DNA of 64,000 nucleotides from Candidatus Omnitrophota bacterium (GCA_043821445.1 JBDRCT010000049.1:3872-67871), one strand, 5' to 3'. Shown: positions 22,068-32,078, counted from the first letter of the stretch. Notes: generated by a model not told the origin, from the sequence alone. A program made the numbers and translations.

Positions 22068-23567
22068 ATGAAAACGGCGATCGCAAAAAATACAGATACC
22101 TGGCTCTTAGGCCGCATCAAAAAAGATGAGATCACAAAATATCTTGATCAGGGCCGTGATTTCATTGATGACGATGCGATCTGGAAAAAGATCGAAGCGG
22201 CCCGGGAGCCTGATGCATCCACCGTGCGCGCCATTCTCGCGCGTTCACTCGCCATCCAGACGCTTACACCGGAAGAGCTCGCGACTCTGATTCATGTGAA
22301 GGATCCCGGCATGCTTCGCGAAATGCAAGAAGCCGCCCTTGCGATCAAGAAAAAAGTCTATGACAACCGGATCGTTACTTTCGCGCCGCTTTATATGGGA
22401 AATTATTGCGTCAATAACTGCGCCTATTGCGGATTCAAGCATGAAAATCTCAGCACGAAGCGCCGCGTCCTTTCACAGGACGAGATCCGTAGGGAAACTG
22501 AAAGCCTGACGGGAAAGATCGGCCACAAGCGCATTATCGCGGTCTACGGAGAGCATCCGCTGACCGGGATCGATTATATCCTTGAAAGCATGAAGACGAT
22601 CTACGACGTGAGGGTACCGACCAAGCACGGTTTCGGCAATATCCGTCGTATCAATGTGAATGCCGCGCCGATGTCGATCGAAGAGCTCGTTCGTCTCAGG
22701 GACGGCGGCCTTGGGACTTATCAGGTGTTTCAGGAAACCTACCATCATGAGACCTACGCAAAACTTCATCCGAAAGGGACACTCAAATCCGATTATCGCT
22801 GGCGGCTCTATGCCATGCATCGCGCGATGGAAGCGGGGATCAATGACGTGGGGATCGGGGTCCTGTTCGGGCTTTATGATTGGCGTTTTGAAGTGATGGC
22901 GCTTCTTTATCACGCGATCCACCTTGAGGCCAAGATGGGGATCGGTCCCCATACGGTATCATTCCCGCGTATGGAGCCGGCGCTCAACTCTGAATACGCC
23001 GAACATTCCCCCTATAAAGTATCCGACGAGGATTTCAAGAAGATCATCCTGCTCATCCGTCTCGCCATTCCTTACACGGGCATGATCATTACGGCGCGGG
23101 AGACTGCCCAGATGCGGCGTGATGCGATCGGTCTCGGGATCACACAGACCGATGCTTCCACTAAGATCGGGATCGGAAGTTACAGCGAAGAGGGAAAGGG
23201 CCAGGAATCCGAACGTCAGCAGTTCCTGTTGGGCGACACCAGAAGTTTGGATGAATTAGTCCGGGATTTCGCGGCAATGGGGCACATTACTTCCTTTTGC
23301 ACCGCAGGATATCGTTGCGGCAGGACGGGCAAATGTATTATGGACCTCTTGCGCGGCGGCCAGGAAGGGAAGTTCTGCAAACTGAACGCTGTGCTGACCT
23401 TTCAGGAATGGCTGGATGATTTCGCCACTCCCGCGACGCGTGAAGTAGGGCTCCGGGTGCTGGAAAAAGAACTTGAAGAGATCAAGGTAAGAAATCCCCA
23501 GGGGTTCCCGGTCTTTTATCAATTTCTTGAACGTATTCGCAAAGGGGAGAGAGATCTGTTCCTTTAG
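22068..23567 (+). CDS. hydG: [FeFe]-hydrogenase maturase HydG
   Basis: FAPLY..NYCVNNCAYCGF, FQETYH, GPHTVSFPR, C-terminal CX5CX19C auxiliary-cluster motif (SFCTAGYRC...KFC). Confidence 0.9.
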   Translation: MKTAIAKNTDTWLLGRIKKDEITKYLDQGRDFIDDDAIWKKIEAAREPDASTVRAILARSLAIQTLTPEELATLIHVKDPGMLREMQEAALAIKKKVYDNRIVTFAPLYMGNYCVNNCAYCGFKHENLSTKRRVLSQDEIRRETESLTGKIGHKRIIAVYGEHPLTGIDYILESMKTIYDVRVPTKHGFGNIRRINVNAAPMSIEELVRLRDGGLGTYQVFQETYHHETYAKLHPKGTLKSDYRWRLYAMHRAMEAGINDVGIGVLFGLYDWRFEVMALLYHAIHLEAKMGIGPHTVSFPRMEPALNSEYAEHSPYKVSDEDFKKIILLIRLAIPYTGMIITARETAQMRRDAIGLGITQTDASTKIGIGSYSEEGKGQESERQQFLLGDTRSLDELVRDFAAMGHITSFCTAGYRCGRTGKCIMDLLRGGQEGKFCKLNAVLTFQEWLDDFATPATREVGLRVLEKELEEIKVRNPQGFPVFYQFLERIRKGERDLFL

Positions 23568-23644
23568 GGGATCGGGACTCGCTCCTCGCGCCTCGGGACT
23601 CGTAAAAACGAAGAGCCCAAACGAGTCCCTAGTCCCGTTTTTTT
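23568..23644 (+). terminator. GGGACTC-type repeat hairpin followed by a T run
   Basis: cgggactcg (twice) ... cgagtccc-tagtcccg then TTTTTTT directly after the hydG stop. Confidence 0.6.
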
Positions 23645-24011
23645 AAAGTGCTCAACTGGGTCAATCAAACTATGAAAACGGGCGCCTGTGCAAGGATTGT
23701 CTTGAGCGCCGGATCCGGGTGGCGGGTGCCGAAAGTGGCTATGGTGAATGGGGTGATCCGAGGCATTTTTTTAAAAACAGAAAGTTCTCTAAAAGCGGTA
23801 CCTAGTATTTGGTGCGCCCAGCCCCCGGAAAATTGCCAACGCTACGTGGTTTTTAATCAAATATTATGGACTGCGTTCTCGGTGCAGTATTTCTGTATTC
23901 TGAGCTTGATATCTTTAAAAAATATGATAGAACATAGTGCCGTTAAGTCGTCGAAAGCCTGTTTTGAGAACCCGCCCAGTCCCGGGACAGTGCAATCCAA
24001 TGAGGTGGATC

Positions 24012-24395
24012 ATGGATAAAAAAGAGTTCTATGCAAAGTCGGAAAAGATCATTAACGAGACCTTCGAGACTATCAAAAAGTACGCCAAGGTTATGGCGGA
24101 AAAGACGGGAGAGGCGGCGCATGTCACGCGTCTTCTGATCCAGAAAGCGACCCTGGAGCATCAGATGGCCAAGGCGTTCTCCCAACTGGGTAGCCAGGTC
24201 TATCAAACAACAGTGAGGCAAGGGGGAAAGCTCGAGCTTGACACTCCCGAGATGTTAAAAGTTCTTGGGGAGATCAAGAAACTCGACACCGAACTCGGCC
24301 AGGTCGAAGCGGTGCTTGAAAAAGAGCGCAAGGTCAAGGCCGTCAAGGAAGCCAAGCTGAAAGCCGTCCGGAAGCGCACGGGCAAGTCCTCATAA
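24012..24395 (+). CDS. hypothetical coiled-coil protein
   Basis: GAGGT RBS, ATG, helical charged sequence. Confidence 0.75.
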   Translation: MDKKEFYAKSEKIINETFETIKKYAKVMAEKTGEAAHVTRLLIQKATLEHQMAKAFSQLGSQVYQTTVRQGGKLELDTPEMLKVLGEIKKLDTELGQVEAVLEKERKVKAVKEAKLKAVRKRTGKSS

Positions 24396-24474
24396 AGATT
24401 GACGCACCTAGCTTTAATTAGAATTGAACGGCAGCTAGGGCAACTCTTGGAATAAAAAGTAGATTTTGATTTGA

Positions 24475-24556
24475 GCGCGGGTGGTGAAACTGGCAGACAC
24501 GCCAGCTTGAGGGGCTGGTTCCGCAAGGAGTGCAGGTTCAAGTCCTGTCCCGCGCA
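24475..24556 (+). tRNA. tRNA-Leu (anticodon GAG)
   Basis: GCGCGGG...CCCGCGC-A acceptor stem; CCAGC-TTGAGGG-GCTGG; long variable arm; GGTTCAAGTCC; no encoded CCA. Confidence 0.95.
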
Positions 24557-24591
24557 TTTTTTTTGATGGTTCCATAACTTCGGAGCAGTGA

Positions 24592-25965
24592 ATGACGATT
24601 CCATCCCATATTTTCAGAGAATACGATATCCGCGGTACTGCGGGAAAAGAACTCACCGAAGAGGTCGCGCTTGCGATCGGGAGGTCTTTTGGAACTCTGC
24701 TTGTCCGCGAGGGAAAACACACCCTCGCGATCGGTCACGACCATCGCTGGAGCGCGGAATTCCTCTACCGGGGTCTTTCGAAAGGACTCCAGAGTTGCGG
24801 CCTTACGGTGATCGAGATCGGTCTTGTCCCGACGCCGCTTGTTTATTTCTATGTCATACACAACAAACTCGATGCCGGCATTTCTCTTTCCGGTTCCCAC
24901 AATCCTCCGGATGAGAACGGTTTCAAGTTCCATCATTCCGGACGTTCCTTTTACGGAAAAGATATTCAGGGTCTCCGCGAGTTGATCGAGAAGAATGATT
25001 TTGTGACCAGCCAAGGCAAGGTTGAGCGCCCGGACCATGACGCGCTTGTGAAGGCCTACCAGGATTTTATTTTCAGCGGATTCAAATTCACAAAAAAACT
25101 CAAGGTGATCATGGATACAGGGCACGGGATGGCGGCCGTGACGGCCCCCGCCCTTATTCGCCGCTTTGGGCACGACGTTACCGTGCTTTACGAGAACCTC
25201 GATCCTAAAATGCCGGACCATCAGGCTGACCCTTCAGTGCTCGCCAATATGAAAGCGCTCCAGCAAAAGGTCGTGGACGCCAGGGCGGATATCGGGATCG
25301 CATTCGACGGGGACGCGGACCGCATCGGCGTGGTGGATGAGAAAGGGCAGATCATTTTCGGGGATAAACTTCTTCTTCTCTACGCTCGCGAGATCCTCGC
25401 CCGCAAACCCGGATCGATCATCATCGGGGACGTGAAAAGCTCAAAACAGATCTATGACGATATCGCCAAACGCGGCGGGAAACCCCTAATGTGGAAAACC
25501 GGGCATTCCCTTATCAAGGCCAAGATGAAGGAAACCCACGCCGAGATGGCCGGGGAAATGAGCGGGCACATGTTCTTCAATGACAGGTGGCTCGGTTTCG
25601 ACGACGCGGTCTACGCGGCATGCCGTATTCTTGAGATCCTCGACAAGGCGAATGCGCCGCTTTCCTCGCTTTTAGCGGACATACCACAACTTGTTTCGAC
25701 GCCGGAGATCCGTTTTAACTGCCCCGAAGAGATCAAGTTCAAAGTCGTGGCCCAGGCGGTCGCGGACCTGAAAAAGAAATATGAAGTGGTTGACATCGAC
25801 GGTGCAAGAGTCCAGTTCCCGGACGGATGGGGGCTTGTGCGCGCTTCCAATACCCAGCCGGTGCTTGTGATGCGCTTTGAGGCCGCGACGCAGAAGCGCC
25901 TTGAGGAGATCCGCGCGATCGTTGAAAACGAGATCACCGCACTCATGCGTGAGATGAGCCGATGA
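24592..25965 (+). CDS. phosphomannomutase/phosphoglucomutase
   Basis: FREYDIRG, GSHNP, FDGDADR, GEMSGH, RASNTQP. Confidence 0.95.
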   Translation: MTIPSHIFREYDIRGTAGKELTEEVALAIGRSFGTLLVREGKHTLAIGHDHRWSAEFLYRGLSKGLQSCGLTVIEIGLVPTPLVYFYVIHNKLDAGISLSGSHNPPDENGFKFHHSGRSFYGKDIQGLRELIEKNDFVTSQGKVERPDHDALVKAYQDFIFSGFKFTKKLKVIMDTGHGMAAVTAPALIRRFGHDVTVLYENLDPKMPDHQADPSVLANMKALQQKVVDARADIGIAFDGDADRIGVVDEKGQIIFGDKLLLLYAREILARKPGSIIIGDVKSSKQIYDDIAKRGGKPLMWKTGHSLIKAKMKETHAEMAGEMSGHMFFNDRWLGFDDAVYAACRILEILDKANAPLSSLLADIPQLVSTPEIRFNCPEEIKFKVVAQAVADLKKKYEVVDIDGARVQFPDGWGLVRASNTQPVLVMRFEAATQKRLEEIRAIVENEITALMREMSR

Positions 25966-27026
25966 ACTGGGCGGTCATCATGGCCGGCGGGAGCGGCACG
26001 CGCTTCTGGCCGGAAAGCCGTAAACATCGCGCCAAACAGTTCCTCAACCTCTTCGGCCCTAAGACGCTGCTTGAACAAACCTTCGACCGCGTCAAAAAAG
26101 TGATATCTCCGTCCCGCATTCTTGTCTTCACCGCTTTGGACAAAGCCGCCTCAACGGCGAGATTGCTCCCTATTCCGCGCGGGCACGTGATCGGGGAGCC
26201 GGCCGGACGCAACACGGCGCCGTGCGCGGCGTGGGCCGCATCGCTCGTCTTGCGAAAAGACCCCTCGGCGGTCCTGGGTATTTTCCCCGCGGACCATTTC
26301 ATCAAGGATGAGACCACTTTCGCGAAAGTTCTCCGGATCGCCTACGGCCAAGCGGATGAATCAGGGATGCCTGTAACGCTTGGGATCAAACCCGATCAGC
26401 CTCACACGGGATACGGTTATCTCGAAATGGCCGGAAAGAAGACCGCGGTTCGCGGCGTGCCTGTCTTTTTTCTCAAATACTTTCACGAGAAGCCGGGGTT
26501 CGCACAGGCACGGGCGTATTTCCGCTCGAAAAAATTTCTTTGGAATGCCGGGATCTTTATTTGGCGCGCGGATTGCTTGCTCGAAACCACACGCCGTGAG
26601 CTTCCTTCTGTTTTTAAAACGGTTGTAAAACTTGCAGCCGGAGGACTTTCCGCGGCAACCGTTAAAAAGCTCTTCGACAAAGTCCCGAGTGTCTCGATCG
26701 ATCATGGGCTGATGGAAAAGCTTTCCGGCAGCATTCTGACGATTCCGGTCGCGATGGGATGGAATGATGTCGGAAGCTGGGCGACGCTCAGGGGTCTCTT
26801 GCCGGTCGACTGCAGCGGGAATCTCTCCATGGGTAACAATATCCTAGTGGAGAGTTCCGGTAACGTTGTGAAAGGAGCGGGACGCCTCATCGCCACCGTG
26901 GGCCTCAAAGATCATGTGGTGGTCGACACCGGGGATGCGGTCCTCGTCTGTCCGTTGAGCGAAACGGAATCCATCCGTAAGATCGTTCTTGAACTTCAAA
27001 AAAGGAATATGCACCGTTTTCTCTAA
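25962..27026 (+). CDS. manC: mannose-1-phosphate guanylyltransferase
   Basis: MAGGSGTRFWP.SR, EPAGRNTAP, PADH, TGYGY, WNAGIF, WNDVGSW. Confidence 0.93.
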   Translation: MNWAVIMAGGSGTRFWPESRKHRAKQFLNLFGPKTLLEQTFDRVKKVISPSRILVFTALDKAASTARLLPIPRGHVIGEPAGRNTAPCAAWAASLVLRKDPSAVLGIFPADHFIKDETTFAKVLRIAYGQADESGMPVTLGIKPDQPHTGYGYLEMAGKKTAVRGVPVFFLKYFHEKPGFAQARAYFRSKKFLWNAGIFIWRADCLLETTRRELPSVFKTVVKLAAGGLSAATVKKLFDKVPSVSIDHGLMEKLSGSILTIPVAMGWNDVGSWATLRGLLPVDCSGNLSMGNNILVESSGNVVKGAGRLIATVGLKDHVVVDTGDAVLVCPLSETESIRKIVLELQKRNMHRFL

Positions 27027-27119
27027 TACCGCGTTGCTATTGATTTTAAGGGGTCGCGGTATTGTACCGTTAACCCGTAAAAATAAATGAAAAACGGTAT
27101 TAACCATAGGAGATTTACC

Positions 27120-27350
27120 ATGAAAATGTCTCACAAGTTCTTAGCGTTGTTTCTTTTAGCGTTGGCGCTTTCAGGTTGTTCGTCATGTCCGTTCAAGAAA
27201 AAAGCGGTGGAAACGCCGGCGCCTGAAACCGTTCAAGCCGTAGCGGCGCCGGTCGTGCCCGCAGTGGTGCAGGAATCCGCCCCCACCATGCCCGCGGAGC
27301 CTGCCGAAGAGTCTGTTCCAGCCGCGACGAGAAGATACGTAAATAAATAA
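27120..27350 (+). CDS. small Pro/Ala-rich lipoprotein
   Basis: AGGAG RBS; basic N-terminus, hydrophobic core, lipobox LSGC. Confidence 0.75.
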   Translation: MKMSHKFLALFLLALALSGCSSCPFKKKAVETPAPETVQAVAAPVVPAVVQESAPTMPAEPAEESVPAATRRYVNK

Positions 27351-27356
27351 ATATTC

Positions 27357-27398
27357 GGGGAGCGGGTGCCTGTAAAGAGCCTGCTCCCCGGACTTTTT
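27357..27398 (+). terminator. intrinsic terminator
   Basis: ggggagcggg...cctgctcccc stem followed by TTTTT. Confidence 0.6.
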
Positions 27399-27543
27399 GC
27401 GCCTGATTTTCTATTAAGAAAAAGATCGGGAAATCAGTGCTGTCCAAATCGCCATTCAGAAAAGAAAACGGAAGATTTGGGCGCGGCGCTTCCGACTTGC
27501 CGCGCAGGTCTTTCGTTAATAGGTTTCTCCCGGAGGTTTTACT

Positions 27544-28374
27544 GTGACCTTGTGGCAAGCGGTGGTGTTAGGGATCGTCCAGGGACTTACGGAGTTCCTT
27601 CCGGTCTCCAGTTCCGGCCATTTGGTGCTTTTTCAGAATCTCTTCGGGATGAAAGAGCCGATGCTGGCGTTCGATATCGCCCTGCACGGCGGAACGCTTC
27701 TTGCGATCGCGACCTTCTTTTACAAGGACATCCTCGATATCCTGAAGGATTTCACTGGGAGCGTTCAAAGAGCTATTTCCAAAAAGCCCGCTTCCGCTGC
27801 AAGTGTCCAACCACCCCATCGGGGACTCTGGGTCTGCATTCTGATCACGCTCGTTCCGACCGGGATCTTGGCCGTTTGCTTCAAGCATCTTTTTGAGACT
27901 GCTTTTGCGAATCTCGCCTTTGTGGCCGCGGCGTGGTTCGTGATGGGCCTTCTTCTGATCCTGAGCGAACGGTTCCAAAAGGGGCAAAGGGATCTTTCTT
28001 TGATCCACTACGGCGACGCGTTTTGGATCGGCTTGGCCCAGGGGATCGCTCTTTTGCCGGGGGTCTCACGCTCGGGAAGCACGATCCTTGCGGGCATGTT
28101 TCTGGGGATCAAAAAAGAGGATGCCGCAAAATTCTCGTTCCTGATCTTTATCCCTGCGATGGTGGGAGCGATCGTGATGGACCTCAAAGAAGGGATCCCA
28201 TACTTTTCATCGAACGCAGCGGTCGTTCTGGCCGGATTTCTCGCGGCCTCGGTCGCGGGATATCTTGTCATCCGCTGGCTTATGGGTCTCATCCGGAAGG
28301 GCCGCTTTTTCATCTTTGGCTACTACTGCATTGCCGTGAGTCTCTTTGCGTGGGTCGTTGCGATCCTTTCCTGA
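27544..28374 (+). CDS. uppP: undecaprenyl-diphosphate phosphatase
   Basis: QGLTEFLPVSSSGHL, PGVSRSGSTI. Confidence 0.95.
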   Translation: MTLWQAVVLGIVQGLTEFLPVSSSGHLVLFQNLFGMKEPMLAFDIALHGGTLLAIATFFYKDILDILKDFTGSVQRAISKKPASAASVQPPHRGLWVCILITLVPTGILAVCFKHLFETAFANLAFVAAAWFVMGLLLILSERFQKGQRDLSLIHYGDAFWIGLAQGIALLPGVSRSGSTILAGMFLGIKKEDAAKFSFLIFIPAMVGAIVMDLKEGIPYFSSNAAVVLAGFLAASVAGYLVIRWLMGLIRKGRFFIFGYYCIAVSLFAWVVAILS

Positions 28375-28378
28375 AGAC

Positions 28379-29644
28379 ATGAAAACCGTTCGTTGCGTCC
28401 TCCAACGGGGTAAGGAACGACCCGTCAAGAACCGTCATCCCTGGATATTCTCCGGCGCGATCGACCGGATCGACGAGGGGTTCGAGCCCGGCGATCTTGT
28501 CCGCGTTCTCTCCGACAAAGACGAATTCCTCGGGGTGGGTTATCTCAATCCTGAGTCCCAGATCGTGGTGCGCATGCTGGCGTTCGAGGATATCACGATC
28601 GATGAGTCGTTCTTTGATGAAAAGATCGGATACGCACTTGAGATGCGCAAGCGGTTCCTGCCTTTGTCCTCCCATTTTGCTTCAAAAGGGTCGACAAAGG
28701 CAGGCACTGATTTCCTTGAAAAAAAAATTAATGAAAATCATGTGCTGCCGGCTGAGACGAATGCCTACAGGCTTGTCCATTCCGAAGGGGACTTTCTTCC
28801 GGGGCTCGTTGTGGACGTCTACGGGGACTTTCTGGTCGCGGAGTTCAATACGGCCGGGATCGACGCATGGAAGCCGGCGATCGTGAAATGTCTTCAAAAA
28901 TATTTCCCCGCGCATTCCATCTTCGAACGGAGCGATTCAGATCTCCGAAAATGGGAGGGCCTCAAGCGTTCCGTGGGCGTGCTCACAGGGAAGGAGCTTC
29001 CGGAAGCGATCGAGGTCCTGGAGAACGGACTTCTCTTCGGTGTCGATATCAAAGGCGGGCAGAAGACGGGATTTTTTCTCGACCAGCGGGAAAGCCGCCA
29101 GTACGTCCGGGGAATAAGCGCTGGCAAGCGAGTGCTCAATTGTTTTGCCTATACGGGTGGATTCTCTGTTTACGCGGCCAAAGGCGGCGCGAGGGAAGTC
29201 GTGTCCGTGGAATCGTCCGAATCCGCGGTTGCCATGGGGCGAAAGAATTTCGAGAGGAATCAGCTCGGCGCGGACGCGGGCGTTTGGGCCCAGCAGGATG
29301 TTTTTGATTACTTGCGCACGACAAAAAAAGAATTCGATATGATCATCCTCGATCCGCCGGCCTTTTGTAAAAGTAAAAGCCAGGTCCAGCATGCCGCGCG
29401 GGGTTATAAGGATATCAACCTGCAGGCCCTGAGGCAGCTCCCGAGAGGCGGTCTGCTTTTCACATTCTCGTGTTCGTCTTACATCACGCCGGACCTTTTT
29501 CAAAAGATCGTCTTCGGTGCCGCTTCTGACGCGAAACGCGACGTCAGGATCCTCAAGAAAACCTCCCACGCGTTCGACCATCCGATCAATATCTATCACC
29601 CCGAAGGCGAATACCTTAAGGGACTTCTCTGCGAAGTCGTTTGA
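28379..29644 (+). CDS. rlmI: RlmI-like SAM-dependent rRNA methyltransferase
   Basis: HPWIFSG, EGDFLPG, GQKTGFFLDQR, FAYTGGFS, ILDPPAF; contains an in-frame insertion. Confidence 0.9.
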   Translation: MKTVRCVLQRGKERPVKNRHPWIFSGAIDRIDEGFEPGDLVRVLSDKDEFLGVGYLNPESQIVVRMLAFEDITIDESFFDEKIGYALEMRKRFLPLSSHFASKGSTKAGTDFLEKKINENHVLPAETNAYRLVHSEGDFLPGLVVDVYGDFLVAEFNTAGIDAWKPAIVKCLQKYFPAHSIFERSDSDLRKWEGLKRSVGVLTGKELPEAIEVLENGLLFGVDIKGGQKTGFFLDQRESRQYVRGISAGKRVLNCFAYTGGFSVYAAKGGAREVVSVESSESAVAMGRKNFERNQLGADAGVWAQQDVFDYLRTTKKEFDMIILDPPAFCKSKSQVQHAARGYKDINLQALRQLPRGGLLFTFSCSSYITPDLFQKIVFGAASDAKRDVRILKKTSHAFDHPINIYHPEGEYLKGLLCEVV

Positions 29645-29645
29645 G

Positions 29646-30155
29646 ATGAAAAAGGGGACACGAGTCAGCTTTGCTCCGATGGTTTATCCCGGCGCCAAGA
29701 TTCTGATCCTCGGATCCATGCCGGGGGAGAGGTCGCTTCAACTGAAGCAGTATTACGGCCACTCGATGAACCAGTTCTGGCGCGTTCTCCAAGAGATTTT
29801 TGGCGCCGGCGAACTCCGAAATTATCAGAGTAAAAAGACCCTGCTTCGGGATCATGGGATCGCCCTGTGGGATGTCGTGAGGCATTGTCATCGCCGCGGA
29901 TCCTCGGATCTGTCGATCCGGAAGGCCAAGGCCAATGACATCTCTGGATTTATAAAAAAACATCCCGGCATTCGTCATATCCTGTTGAATGGAAGAACAG
30001 CTGAGAAATATTTTGCCCGTTTCTTCGGCCGGGCGATGTGCTTGCCATACGATTATGTGCCTTCGACCAGCCCCGCTCATGCGGGGCTGGGTTTTAAGAC
30101 CAAGGTCCGGTTATGGAAACGGGCGTTTACAAAAGCGGGTATCCGGCACGTATAA
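29646..30155 (+). CDS. DNA-deoxyinosine glycosylase (UDG superfamily)
   Basis: ILILGSMPG..SL...QYY, NQFW, IALWDV, PSTSPA. Confidence 0.9.
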   Translation: MKKGTRVSFAPMVYPGAKILILGSMPGERSLQLKQYYGHSMNQFWRVLQEIFGAGELRNYQSKKTLLRDHGIALWDVVRHCHRRGSSDLSIRKAKANDISGFIKKHPGIRHILLNGRTAEKYFARFFGRAMCLPYDYVPSTSPAHAGLGFKTKVRLWKRAFTKAGIRHV

Positions 30156-30182
30156 ACAATGCCGGTATTTGGATGTATTGCC

Positions 30183-31160
30183 CTAAGGAAGTAAAACCAC
30201 TTTCAGGGTTTGTTTTGCGTCGGTGACGAGGCGGAAACCTTCCTGGATTTTCGCGAGCGGGAGCTTGTGGGTGATCAAGTCTTTTGCAGGGATCTTGCCT
30301 TCGCTGATCAAGCGGAGCGCGTTCTCCAGATCGTCCGGCGCCGCGCCGTAAGAAGAGGTCACCGTCATTTCATTTCTCCAAAGATCCACGGTCGGAAACT
30401 GGATGTCAGTTTCCGGGATGGCGAAAAGCAGCAAAGTGCCTTTCCGGTCAAGGGACTGAAAGGCCTGTTTTACCGCCGGGAGAGCTCCGGTGCAAAGGAT
30501 GACTTTTTCCGCTTTGATGGTGGGAAGGTTTTTCGGATCAAAAACTTCATCGGCGCCGCATGCCTTGGCTTTCTCCCTCCGGCATTCTTCCGTATCCGTT
30601 GAGATCACCTTGGCCCCGTGCAATTTGGCGACCCAAATATTGAGAAGGCCCGAGATCCCGCATCCCAGGATCAATACGGTTTGACCCTTTTTGACGCCGA
30701 TGGCCTCCTGGCCCCTGAGCACGCACGCCAGAGGTTCGATCATCGTCCCTTCTTCGTAGGAAACATTCTCCGGCAGGACATAGACCCCGTGGTCGACATT
30801 GATCTTGGGGACTCTGACAAATTCGCTGTAACCGCCAGGATCGTAATTGCCGGTGTGCAGGGTTTCGCAGGCCGTGGGGTGGCCTTCTTTGCAGTATTTA
30901 CACGTGTAGCAGGGGACGTGATGGCTGACAAAGACCCGCTGGCCTGTTTGATATTCCGGAGAGTTTGACTCGACCACATCGCCCGATATTTCATGGCCCA
31001 GGATCCTCGGGGCTTTCTTGATCCGGTACCATTCCATGACATCGGTGCCGCAGATCCCGCTTGCCCGAACCTTGACGAGGATCTCGCCCTCGCCGATCTT
31101 AGGGACGGGGCGCTCTTCCAGGCGTATGTCGCAGTTATTGTAATAGACCGCTACTTTCAT
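30183..31160 (-). CDS. Zn-dependent alcohol/polyol dehydrogenase
   Basis: GICGTD, LGHE, C..CKYC......C, EPLAC, GCGISG. Confidence 0.92.
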   Translation of the reverse strand: MKVAVYYNNCDIRLEERPVPKIGEGEILVKVRASGICGTDVMEWYRIKKAPRILGHEISGDVVESNSPEYQTGQRVFVSHHVPCYTCKYCKEGHPTACETLHTGNYDPGGYSEFVRVPKINVDHGVYVLPENVSYEEGTMIEPLACVLRGQEAIGVKKGQTVLILGCGISGLLNIWVAKLHGAKVISTDTEECRREKAKACGADEVFDPKNLPTIKAEKVILCTGALPAVKQAFQSLDRKGTLLLFAIPETDIQFPTVDLWRNEMTVTSSYGAAPDDLENALRLISEGKIPAKDLITHKLPLAKIQEGFRLVTDAKQTLKVVLLP

Positions 31161-31203
31161 AATTTTAGGAATAAGAACACTTTCTGGATGCTCACAGTGA
31201 ATG

Positions 31204-31272
31204 GGCTAGAAGCAAGATTCAGAGAAGCAGAGAGGCATAGATCTTTTCTTTGTTTCTTGTCTCTATGTTTCT
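31204..31272. repeat. degenerate octamer (AGAAGCAA-like) tandem/inverted repeat
   Basis: agaagcaa...agaagcag-agaggcat then ttgtttct-tgtctct-atgtttct; same family at 32908. Confidence 0.7.
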
Positions 31273-32078
31273 TATTTTTCCGGGGTATTGCGCCGCACTT
31301 GCTCGCAGTAGACTTCGTGCGCTTCTTTGGCCGTCGCGTTGTGGTGAATGATGGCATTTAAAGCCGCAGCCATCGGAAGAGGGTGCGGGTTTTGCCAGAC
31401 ATTGCGGCCAAGATTGATCCCGACCGCGCCTTTCTGCATGCCGTCCGCGACGAATTCCAGGACCTCAAGCTCGGTCTCGCATTTCGGGCCGCCGGCCATC
31501 ACCACCGGGACCGGGCATCCCCGGACGACCTTGTCAAAATCCTTTTCACACCAATAGGTCTTGACCACACGCGCGCCGAGTTCGGCGGCGATACGGCACG
31601 CGAGAGCCAAATACCGAGCGTCGCGTTTTTCCATCTCTCTTCCCACGGCAGTGACGGCCATCACCGGGATCCCATAGCTCTCACACTCGTTGACGAGTTT
31701 CGAAAGATTGGAAAGCGTCTGCTTTTCATAATCGCTTCCGACGAAGATGGAAACGCCCACGGCCGCAACGTTCAGCCGTATGATCTCTTCGATAGACGTG
31801 GTGACGACTTCGTTGGCAAGGTCTTTGCCGACCATGCTGGTGCCGCCCGAGACCCTCAAAATAACGGGCTTTCCGAAGGTCGGGGGGATGACCGCGCGTA
31901 ACGTGCCCCGCGTGCAAAAAAGCGCGTCAAAATGGGCCACGAGGGGTCTGATCGTTTCCCACGGTTGCTCGAGCCCGGTGGTCGGCCCCTGGAAATAACC
32001 GTGATCGATCGGCATGAAAAAACAATGGCCGTTCGGCATGAGTTGATTCAATCTGTTCTTCATTCCCCAGTCCATCAT
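31272..32078 (-). CDS. lsrF: LsrF-like class I aldolase/thiolase
   Basis: DWGMKNRL, DHGYFQGPTTGL, RIAAELGA, KTYW, GRNVWQ; AAGGAGG RBS before the 32078 start. Confidence 0.88.
   Translation of the reverse strand: MMDWGMKNRLNQLMPNGHCFFMPIDHGYFQGPTTGLEQPWETIRPLVAHFDALFCTRGTLRAVIPPTFGKPVILRVSGGTSMVGKDLANEVVTTSIEEIIRLNVAAVGVSIFVGSDYEKQTLSNLSKLVNECESYGIPVMAVTAVGREMEKRDARYLALACRIAAELGARVVKTYWCEKDFDKVVRGCPVPVVMAGGPKCETELEVLEFVADGMQKGAVGINLGRNVWQNPHPLPMAAALNAIIHHNATAKEAHEVYCEQVRRNTPEK

Noticed and set aside
22068-23567. ThiH instead of HydG
   Set aside because: It has the C-terminal auxiliary-cluster cysteines and the GPHT His, sits next to a HydE-like gene, and has no thiamine genes around it.
23648-24019. 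123-aa ORF after hydG
   Set aside because: No motifs or RBS, and it overlaps the probable promoter of the next gene.
24475-24600. tRNA-Leu or tRNA-Gln as island integration sites
   Set aside because: No integrase, no duplicated tRNA 3' end seen, and housekeeping genes flank both.
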